A stretch of DNA of 64,000 bases, from assembly GCA_977862235.1 (NCBI GenBank), contig OZ374561.1, positions 372,001-436,000 on the forward strand. The letters run 5' to 3'. Positions 55,040 to 64,000 of the stretch are shown here, in pieces. Below the pieces are notes generated by a model. The model had not been told where the DNA came from. It searched no databases and saw nothing but the letters and a program-made list of their open reading frames with translations. The translations under genes and the position numbers were made by a program. The first letter of the stretch is position 1; each line of letters starts with the position of its first letter. This DNA is from Dudresnaya verticillata. Its lineage: Eukaryota.

Positions 55040-56677
55040 ATGCTCCTCCTCTACACCATCCTTCTTAGCAACTACCTGACGCTCGCCTACTGCCAGCAGC
55101 CCACGCCGACCATCGACCTGCCCGCATACGTGCGCGGCCGTCTCTTCTCCGCGTCGCGCACCGCCCCAATCGCAACCGCCCTCTCCGCAAGCCCCGACGC
55201 ACGCAACGCGACCGCCACGCTCACCGACTTCTTCGCACTTCAGGACCGCGCCCTGCAGGCCGCCCTGGCTCACTCGCGCAACGCCTCGGCAGAGTCTCTT
55301 CCGCCGTTTCGCGTCTGCACCTACTCCGGTCCATGGACTCGTGCGTCCAGCAACTACATATCCAACCGCGGATGGCTGCTCCCGTCGCGTCCAGAGTGCG
55401 TCACCGACATCTACGGCGCCCCCACTTCCGAGCAGTTCTCCGCTCTCAGCCTGTTCGATACCGTCACTGCTCTCCACAGCGCGGTCAACGCCTCCGTCGC
55501 CCCCATCATACAGTCTACCGTCCCCAACTGGACGGAAGGGCAACAGCCGTCGTCGTTTCCGTTTGCGCGCGGGTCACAAACATGCCAGATTTCCCAAATT
55601 GCAGCGTTTCGGCTGGACGGTAGGTGGCATTTATCTACCGGAATCACCAACCACCCGAGGGATGCCTGGGTACCAGATGGACAAAGGCGGTACCTCACTG
55701 AAAATATTCGTTTGGACATCGCCACGAACACATTGACGCCCAAACTCATGACATTGCCAGCAAACCCAACACATGCCGTCGTAACCGATGCAACCACTTC
55801 TTTGACTATGTGGCAGGGTGCTCCGCACCCGAGTCAGTTTCATGCTGTCGACATAGCGAGTAATCTTGCTCTGCAGGAGGCGCTCGATCAGGGAGATTTG
55901 CTTGTGCAACAGCTTGATGGCGCGACCACAGCATCAAACATTGCGATCCTAGCACTTCCAATTGCACTATGCCTAATCCCTGTGGCGCTCATTGCGGACG
56001 TCAGTCCACTTGCAGTGCTTGTATATGCCATGTTATCGGACGTTTTAACGGCTCTCCCGATGGCGATAAAGGGTATCGAGCTCCTCATGATTGATCACCG
56101 CAGGTTTGCCGCGCATGTTACGAGACTAGGTGATACAAGCAAAGACCCGAGAGCAACAGCTGTGGCTGGGGAACTGTGGGTTTGCGTGTGCCGTACACGA
56201 GAGGACGCGCGTCCAATTGGCATAGCATTCGTAGTGTTTGCGCTTGCGATGATGGTCATAGGGCTGGCTCTTGAGGTATTGTGCAGAAGGTATACGGGAC
56301 ACCGGAAGGGCAAGAAGGTTAACGTGAGTGGCAAAACGCCCATCAAGAGTTTCAAGACTGTCGCGGAAGACTTTGCCGACCTTGAAGTTGCATCTGGCGC
56401 TGTAGCAGAAGTCTACGATGACCGCGATGCAAGGTCTCACGGTGGAAGCCTAGGAGATGCCTGGTGGGCGGAGGAGTTTGGAAGTGATTTTTCAGTAGAG
56501 GCTGATGTGGGCGGGGATACTTGGCGATGGGCCGATGAACTCGACGAGAATAGTGTTGCAGAGGAACTCGTACAGGAAGGTAGTGTACTTCTACGAGGAG
56601 ATTCTTCCGGGAACACGAGCGCTTGTGGGGCAGACCTGCACAATATCAAGCGTTTGCCTAGCGGGAATGCTGAATGA
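55040..56677 (+). CDS. uncharacterised membrane protein, paralog B, with acidic cytoplasmic tail
   Basis: Signal MLLLYTILLSNYLTLAYC; shares SSNYI..RGW.LP..P.C.TD..G.P, HPSQF, N.ALQ.A..QG and TALP..IKGIEL with paralog A. Confidence 0.87.
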   Translation: MLLLYTILLSNYLTLAYCQQPTPTIDLPAYVRGRLFSASRTAPIATALSASPDARNATATLTDFFALQDRALQAALAHSRNASAESLPPFRVCTYSGPWTRASSNYISNRGWLLPSRPECVTDIYGAPTSEQFSALSLFDTVTALHSAVNASVAPIIQSTVPNWTEGQQPSSFPFARGSQTCQISQIAAFRLDGRWHLSTGITNHPRDAWVPDGQRRYLTENIRLDIATNTLTPKLMTLPANPTHAVVTDATTSLTMWQGAPHPSQFHAVDIASNLALQEALDQGDLLVQQLDGATTASNIAILALPIALCLIPVALIADVSPLAVLVYAMLSDVLTALPMAIKGIELLMIDHRRFAAHVTRLGDTSKDPRATAVAGELWVCVCRTREDARPIGIAFVVFALAMMVIGLALEVLCRRYTGHRKGKKVNVSGKTPIKSFKTVAEDFADLEVASGAVAEVYDDRDARSHGGSLGDAWWAEEFGSDFSVEADVGGDTWRWADELDENSVAEELVQEGSVLLRGDSSGNTSACGADLHNIKRLPSGNAE

Positions 56678-58850
56678 AGGCCAAGGCTTTTGTCATCGCA
56701 GAAATGCTTCCGGGAGTGATGTCAATCGTGGAATACCTCGTTGGTCGAAAAAGGATTTTTTCGGGTCCTCAGTAGCAAAGATAGTAGTGCGAATGTGTAC
56801 ATAGAAGCTGGGTGGTTGTAATTAGAGCTTTGTTAGTGCATTCAGACATAGCAGTTGTATCAGTCATGTATAATGAATACCGATGTCCAGTTTCCATTTT
56901 ATGAGTTGCAAGTACTCAAACAGATCTCTAGACTCCGAATTCCAGAGGCACGGCGACAGCGTCGAGCACCGCATATTTGTTGACGCATTTTACGAAGTGT
57001 GCTCTGGCATCTTCATCACTGATGTCGGGTCGCCATATATTTTGCTGTGTGAAAGTCATGGTTCTACTCAGTGATATGCACCGAGACGGAATATACCCCT
57101 CCAGCTGGAAAGCCGATCATCTAACGCCGTGTTCAAAGGCTCAAAACGTCAACGGTGCTCGTCAGGACGGCGTATATTACCATGTCAGTGCTAGTAGAAC
57201 TTGTGGGAAGGGGGCTCCTTGGCCTTGTCACCGTTCCAATACAAAGTCCCTATCCATTTCATTGCGTTGGGAAAGGACGGCATCGCTAATTGTTTTCGTT
57301 CAGCAATATCTGTGAAGTGACATGGCGTTATCTGTCATTCTGTCAAACTGCAATAGATGGCACGCAATACTATTAATGCTCTTGAAGGCCCCGCATAGCT
57401 TCGACTGGTACCCGCTCTCTCTCTATCCTCGTGGAGAGTAATGCATTACCCTATTGAAGCTCCTTGCGCTTAGTCCACGCCGTCTTTTTCATGTTGCAAC
57501 AGAACTAAAACGCTCGCAGAGACCATTCTCGGTCCATCTGAATGTACTTCTGTCTGCTGATGAGGTGTTGTGTGGTGAGCGCTAACTACCGTAGGGGCCG
57601 ATCGAAAGCCAATATTAGCGCAGCTATTTGCTTGGAATCGGGGACGTCTCCACGAAAGAGCGTGCGGTCCATCTTGTAGCAAGAGTTCAGGCGTTCAAAA
57701 TGCCTGAACTCTCGCTAGGAGAAATTCTGCCATTCTGGCCGGTAAGTTCCGCTCCGCGAGGCACAAACTCGCTGCGTAGCTAGGGACCGCGAGCTGGTTG
57801 AGAAAGTTGCCCGCAACCAATACACAGGATTGTTCATGCCCGTGAGAGCAGATGATTGTGTGACACGACAGGGGATCACGGGGATACCGTGTCCTTCGCC
57901 TAGCTCGTCGCAACGTTGATGTATCGGCAGTTGCCACGCTCGGGGACGGCGGTGGAGCATCTTACTACAGCAGTTCCAGGCTGGAACTTGTTACTGTTCC
58001 AACGCCAAGTGCGCTGTCCTGATTCAGGACTGGACGGTTCCCGTGTGTTGATGGCAGTCTGGCAGCGCATGCGCACCTCGCGCGATTTGCGAAGGGCCGT
58101 GGCACCACAGTGGTTGCTGGAGAGCGCATTTATGTTGACCCTGTGACCCCGCGAGTTCTTCTACCTCATCCGCGTTGCACGTGCAGTACGGCTTGCAGAG
58201 AGTTTGCAGCAGACCCGTGGACCATATCGATGCCCGGGAGCTTACAAACAATTTTAGCGGGGCTCTCAGCAGCAAGCGTGATTGGAATTTTTCTCGCAAA
58301 AGAGGATTTATTGGGTGCAAGGTTCGTGAAAAGCATTACAGTTGGTCGCATAATAGCCACAGATGATTGGATTAATTACACACGTGCGTGTAATTATGGG
58401 AGATTTGAAGAAAAAAGTACAAACTTTTTCCAAAAGTTGGCCAGTTTTGATCAAATTGTAGCGATAGGCATTGCTTTTCGTGGATGATGGTGGCAGAAAT
58501 GGCGGTGGAACACGCTGTATGTCGAGTGTTTTGCGTTGCATTCGCATGGAATGCCGGTTTTTGAGGCCTGTCGATGGGCCAAACAAGATAGCCCCAACGT
58601 GCTCGGCTTTGCATCGCCGATTGGGTTTTTCGGTGACTGCGCGAAAATTACAAAATCCGACAGGCGGGCAGTCGGGCAGTGGATGCGGCCGGCCGAGCGG
58701 CGGTGTGTAAAGCTGCTGCTGAAAGACTCTGTAATAACTCGCCGCTGCACCAACTCCGCAATAAGCCCCGCGTACTGTCAGAATCTCCTTCGAGTAAGCC
58801 GCGCGCCCTCGTATCTTATCTCCTCCGTCTCGCCCGCAGCCGTTACCTCC

Positions 58851-59546
58851 ATGACGCAGCAGCAGGACGGCCTGCCGCTGACTTCGCAGGATGCCGCCAC
58901 CCGCCATGCGACCCAGACAGTCATCGACGCAGTCCACGCTGCTGCAAGGGCTGAGGGCAAGGCCGAAGCCGAGCAGGTGGAGGTCTCGCACGCCCTCAAT
59001 GAGGCCGAAGAAGAGCTGACCCCGCAGGTTGCTGCCGCCCACGCTGCTGCTGCCGCAGCTGTTTCGACTTTGGAGGATAAGAAGCCGGAGACGGACCCGG
59101 ACCCGCCCGTCCCGCCCGCCCCGGTCGCCCCACCTGTTGATATGTCTGCACCAACCACCTCGCCCAGGCCTCCCGCGCTTGCGCCGCCGCCGCCCTTGGC
59201 TGCACCACAGCAGCCCGCGCTTGCACACGTCCCTAGCATGCCGGGCATCGTTTCTCCTATTCGGAAAAAGAGTTCCAACTCCACCCCCTTTATCTGTGAT
59301 GTTGTGGGCTGTGGAAAGGCATTTGGAAAAAAGTTTAATCTCAAGGCCCACAAAAGGGTTCATACTGGTGAGGAGCCGTTTGTCTGCAGCTTCCCGACTT
59401 GTGGAAAGACGTTCAAGTGGAAGTCAAGCCTCACTTTTCACGAAGGCCTTCATCTGAATGCTCCCGACGACCAGCCCGCACAGCCGACTGCCGCAGAACT
59501 TGCGGCTGCGGCTGGCGTCAGTCCAAACAAGAAGGCGAAGGTTTAA
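58851..59546 (+). CDS. C2H2 zinc-finger transcription factor (2 fingers)
   Basis: FICDVVGCGKAFGKKFNLKAHKRVH-TGEEP-FVCSFPTCGKTFKWKSSLTFHEGLH; C-terminal basic patch; ATG at 58851. Confidence 0.9.
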   Translation: MTQQQDGLPLTSQDAATRHATQTVIDAVHAAARAEGKAEAEQVEVSHALNEAEEELTPQVAAAHAAAAAAVSTLEDKKPETDPDPPVPPAPVAPPVDMSAPTTSPRPPALAPPPPLAAPQQPALAHVPSMPGIVSPIRKKSSNSTPFICDVVGCGKAFGKKFNLKAHKRVHTGEEPFVCSFPTCGKTFKWKSSLTFHEGLHLNAPDDQPAQPTAAELAAAAGVSPNKKAKV

Positions 59547-60923
59547 AATACCAAGGGCAATCCTTAAGTTCGCATCTGAATCGTTAGATGTGTTGAAGAT
59601 CCCAGTCGGAAATTATTCGCTCCGAGGCGATTATTCTTCGCTGATGTGTAAAGTTGTTTTATCTGGTCCAGGAGTTATCAGATGATCTTGCGTGTATGGG
59701 GTTGGCCCCGGACAAAGTTTCTTGTTCTCGTGATCCCGATAAGTGTAAAGTGCAAATAAAGAAGGCGCAGTGATTCCTGCCATTCGCCAACCCAATGAAG
59801 TGTTCACTCAAGGCCTCGTAGAGTGCTTACAACCGCCTGTACAATGCTCTTTTCTTGCTCCTGCACGATGCCTGTGTTTCTCGACAGCAACTGTCTGTAT
59901 GTACCTGGAACTCAGCTTGTTTAGATGCGGGCCACATCTCAGCACCCTCGAACACGTGAGCATGCCCCACATCAATGTTCTCGCCCGAAGGGTTCTAATC
60001 TCACTCGCCTGGAGCAGCAGATCCTAGGATAACACCTGCACATTTCTTCCCGTAGAATTGCTACGCTTGACTCGGACAAGCATGCTGCAATCGAGCAGCC
60101 TCACACATGTTTCGCTCTATGCTTCGCTATCCCACCGCAGCTTGACGACACTGCGAAGTTGCTCAAACGGGTGACTTAGAGCATGTCTGCATCAGCTACG
60201 GAGACCTACGAACGGCGCAAGGGTTGAAGGAAGACATTCGCCTTCGCAGGATCGCTAGCTTTTCATTTCATAGTTGAGACAATTGAAACGTTTTGACTTG
60301 TGCGACAACCTTCTATTATTGTTGCAGTCCTTGAGAATCGAGCTGAGGAGCCCAACGCCTCAAGCAAGGTCTCCCAATAATGCCATGGGAACTCGCCATA
60401 CGATGTTTGAGGGAAAGCCTCAGATATGGTTTCGAAATGAACTGCAGCCGGGGTATTGAACCAGTTTCGCAGACATGCACTCGGAGCCCTCTCCTCAAGA
60501 GCTTTTTCGGTCTGTTTTCAAGACGGGCCACACCATCATGGTAACACACGCACCGGCTCGGGTGACCACACTGTGGGCCCTTCTTGCTAGCTGCCACATG
60601 AGCGGCCTGGGCTCTGCAAAAGGGCGCACGGGCGCACAAGCGCACGGGCTGGGCAATTTCGTCTAGAGCATAGCAGGCTTAGCTGTGTGCTTTCCAGCGC
60701 AGCAAATCGTTGGTAATCCGCCGGAAAGGAAAAAAGCAAAAAGAGAAGAAAACGGTGCACTCGTCGGTCCGCTTCCAGCCAGAGCTTTTGATTCTATTTC
60801 AGCAAGACCCTTCCTTCCCGCCGTCTCTCCTCTCCTGCAGTAGTCACGATTCCTGCAACGACTGCATCCTGTTGCCATCTGCGAACGATACGCGCTTCGG
60901 ACCTGAAGATTGCTAAGGATACT

Positions 60924-61490
60924 ATGGCTGAGGAGAGTGCTGCCGCTGGCATGGAGATTGATACTGCTGCGCCGCAGCCTGCTGCGACGCCAAAGCCGGT
61001 CGAGAAGAAGGAGAAACAGCGCTTCGAGATCAAGAAGTACAATGCTGTGGCGCTTTGGGCTTGGGGTAAGCTAGACCCCTACAGAAATCAGAACGTTTCC
61101 TTCTGGCTGACCGAATGCATCAGGATTCTTACCACCGCTCTGTCTTCCTTCTTGCGTACTTTAGACATGGTCGTGGACAACTGCGCCATTTGCCGCAACC
61201 ACATTATGGATGCGTGCATCGAGTGCCAGGCCAATCAGTCCGCCCCAAGCGGCGAAGACTGCAATGTTGCCTGGGGCGTGTGCAACCACGCCTTTCATCA
61301 CCACTGCATCTCGTGCGTTTGCTCTTCTTGCTCGAGAGCAGTTCATTCCGTCGCATGAGCTTGAGTCATTTCAATTGAACTAACATCTTTTTTCTAATGC
61401 AACTCTGTGTAAATCAGGCGCTGGTTGAAGACGCGCCAGGTTTGCCCACTGGACAACTCTGAGTGGGAGTTCCACAAGTACGGCCGCTAG
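60924..61490 (+). CDS. RBX1: RING-box protein 1; exons 60924-61065, 61165-61312, 61418-61490
   Basis: The spliced product reads [40 protein letters not shown]...[37 protein letters not shown]. Both introns are GT-AG (GTAAGC..TAG, GTGCGT..CAG) with CTGAC/CTAAC branch sites. Confidence 0.96.
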
Positions 61491-62501
61491 ATGCACGATG
61501 TAACAGCAGTGCTGCAACTTTTTGCGTTCACAAGGGCTTCTTCTGGGCGACGTTCACTCTGGTTGCTCTCTTTGCCAGGGAAAGAAAGACATGGTTCATG
61601 GAAGAAAGGTATTTTGGTTCTGCGAGCGGTGCATCTGTCGCATCTGTCGTACTCGCATGGCTGCAGGAAGTACGTGCCGTCACTCTGAAGTTGACCGCGA
61701 GGACGTGCAGATTGCTATGTCGAAAATAAGTAAACTAAGGCTCATGTGCGAGCACTAACTGCAGATACTTTAGAGTACGTGCGTCCGCTGCGGAGCTGTC
61801 AAGAATACTATACTTAACCTCTTGAAGCAGTGCTGGGAATGATATTGGAACAATGAAGCTGTCATAGCTCCCTTGGAGGGCTGGCAAAGGATACGAAATA
61901 TGCCAATGTTCTTGTAAGGCTTTCATCTAACGAAAGTGGCGAGGCGAAGTCGTACTGCAATGCTTCTCCATGAGGACCTGCTTCGCTTCCATTTGTAGCC
62001 TCGCGTTTGGAGCAAAGGGGAGAATCTCTGCATTCCATTCCTGGCCTGCGTAACTAACCATGAGTTGTCAGCGGCGCGGTGCGGTGCTGGCACGCAGTCA
62101 GACCCAATTAGCCCCTAGGGGTTTGCTCCTTTTTCCTTTCTTCCTTCAACTTCGCGTCGCTTGCTTCGCCACACTCATCTTTTTTGTGACTAAGATGTGC
62201 TAGTCAACGGGTTGAAACGAGACCGTGGGCGCTCATGTTTTGACGGAGGATCCCAAAACTACTGGGCACAACCAAGTTTTCGTAGCCCGACGGCAGTGGG
62301 CAAGAGAAAAGTACGAAATGTCATCTATGATGGCCGGGGCGTTTTGCAACGCGGGACATGCCAGCCCATATCCTGAACCTATTTGAGCACCCAGCGTAGG
62401 GCGACTCAACTGAACCACATGGCATCGCCATCCAAAGCTCTCAACGCCATCATCGAACGCAGGCACTAGAGCACCAATTCCGCTTCGACACCGTGAATTG
62501 A

Positions 62502-63138
62502 GCACTGACTACCGAGGATACCAGTACCGAGAAGGAATCGGTTTCTATCCATGGGCCCGGTGCTATTGAGCAGGGATCTGCTGCAGATGCATCCAACCCG
62601 TAAGGGTCATCCGCTTCGTCTCCTAAGAAACCGAAGAAGCCGTACTTTCGTGTCAAGGCATATTATCCAGTGGCGATTTGGTCTTTGGGTAAGCTTCTTG
62701 TTTATGTCTTGTGCTTCTGAACTCACAATGTTCATGGCCGTGGTAACTTGCTTTTCATGCGCCATCTTTGTCCGTTTCTAAACTCGCAACTCTGTCAGAC
62801 ACGGATGATGACATTTGTGCTATCTGCTGTAACAATATCATGGGCACCAGCATCAACTGCGAGTCCGGCAATGGCAACTGGAGCAGTGAGAAGGAATGTA
62901 CCGTTTCCTGGGGCTGCTGCAATCATATCTTCCACAAGCATTGCATTTCGATCGTTGGGCAGGCGGTTTTATGATGGTTCCTTTGTCATTCAGTTACCGG
63001 ACTCCTGCTGACACGCCGTTCTTCGATCATTTTTTGTGAAGGCGCTAGCTTCATACACATAGCACCTGTTCACTGGACAACGGTCAGTGGAACTTGTTGC
63101 AGTGCGGCACCTACCCCTCTACCAGACAACTGAAGTAG
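62502..63138 (+). pseudogene. RBX1 paralog pseudogene with the same two intron positions
   Basis: YFRVKAYYPVAIWSL / intron 62689-62798 / [15 protein letters not shown]...[18 protein letters not shown] / donor reads GA at 62950 / R*LHTHSTCSLDNGQW. In-frame TAA at 62601 and TGG>TAG at 63046. Confidence 0.88.
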
Positions 63139-63483
63139 CTGGATCTTTCTTCCATGATTGCGCCGCATTATGTTCTTGGGTAACGTACCGAGTTCAGCAT
63201 TGCTGGGAATGACATGAGTGACTGGCTTGTGTTCATGGCCCCAACGATTTCTCTGCAGGAGCTCTGCCCATGGCAGAAATGATTCGTTTTGTTTGATGAT
63301 CGCCAATAATGTAGAAGCGCTGCATGGAGGTGCAATTGTAATGTTTATGTTGAGACTACGGAGTCCTTTCCTCGTAGTATCATCTCGATAATGAAAAGTA
63401 AAGCAGGATGGTACCACAAAGACGTGGAACCATGGATTCTTGTATTCAGCTGCATGACCCCTATCCGTGAAATGAGAACCCAG

Positions 63484-63999
63484 CTATGAATTGTTCGCCA
63501 CGGATGACTGTCGCATGTAGAATTCAGCGACCTGTTCTGAAGAGGTCGCTTCGTCTGGCTTTTTGTCCTCCCGAACGCGCAAAAACCGAGGAAAACGAAG
63601 AGCAATCCCTTTCTCTGGATCGACGTGGCCTATCGCCGCTGTGTGCTGAGGAGATATGGACAGATCAGCACAAAGAACTTCCCAAACCTGGACAGGTTCA
63701 AACCACACGTCCGGTTCCAATGTCTTAAGGGCAGGTGTCCTGTAGTATGCTTTTGCTGTAGTGCTTTTGTTTTCTGCGTCAGGGTCATTGAAGAACTTCG
63801 CGAACTTGTCAAGGTCCTCGTCCGAAAAACCAGTTCCAATCTTGCATATCGATTGGTACTCCTCATTTTCTGGATCATAGCAAGCAAGCAGAAAGGCTCC
63901 GTACGTTCCTGTCCGTCTGCCGCGACCCAAATATCCTCCAATTGGTACAAGATCTAATGAGTCACCACATCCATCCAAATAGTCCTTCTTCACCTTCAA
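63484..63999 (-). CDS. LIG1: DNA ligase I, C-terminal OB domain (partial; runs off the window end)
   Basis: Motif [47 protein letters not shown], motif [18 protein letters not shown]. Confidence 0.96.
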   Translation of the reverse strand: MKVKKDYLDGCGDSLDLVPIGGYLGRGRRTGTYGAFLLACYDPENEEYQSICKIGTGFSDEDLDKFAKFFNDPDAENKSTTAKAYYRTPALKTLEPDVWFEPVQVWEVLCADLSISPQHTAAIGHVDPEKGIALRFPRFLRVREDKKPDEATSSEQVAEFYMRQSSVANNS

Positions 64000-64000
64000 C

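Noticed and set aside
58536..58850. N-terminal extension of the second C2H2 ORF
   Set aside because: Begins at a non-ATG codon and looks like promoter or UTR sequence (possible short 5'UTR intron at 58794-58839); the ATG at 58851 is preferred.

Overview
Eukaryotic, intron-poor nuclear DNA, most likely from a florideophyte red alga (inferred from an MxAF-type plastid transit peptide on a His-retaining chloroplast sensor kinase, compact mostly intronless genes and Pro/Ser/Thr-rich secreted proteins). 0.2-8.5 kb is gene-dense: COM1/SAE2/CtIP, ACBP-ankyrin, COPE, CysRS, PCC1 and a tRNA-Tyr(GUA) gene with two 13-nt introns, one in the D-loop inside a bulge-helix-bulge-like fold. 8.5-29 kb is gene-poor: decayed ORF remnants, one C2H2 zinc-finger gene and a ~4.5 kb very GC-rich non-coding block. 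29-38 kb holds an alpha/beta hydrolase, a divergent V-ATPase H, CSK, a BET/GTE bromodomain protein and a histidine phosphatase. 39-57 kb holds four consecutive predicted cell-surface genes: a Cys-rich secreted protein ending in a possible miniature Hint-like domain, a ~3000-aa transmembrane mucin-like protein with a SEA-type GSVIV motif, and two paralogous uncharacterised multi-pass membrane proteins. The window ends with a C2H2 gene, RBX1 with an adjacent intron-retaining pseudogene copy, and the 3' end of DNA ligase I. All calls are by eye from motifs; no database search was run.
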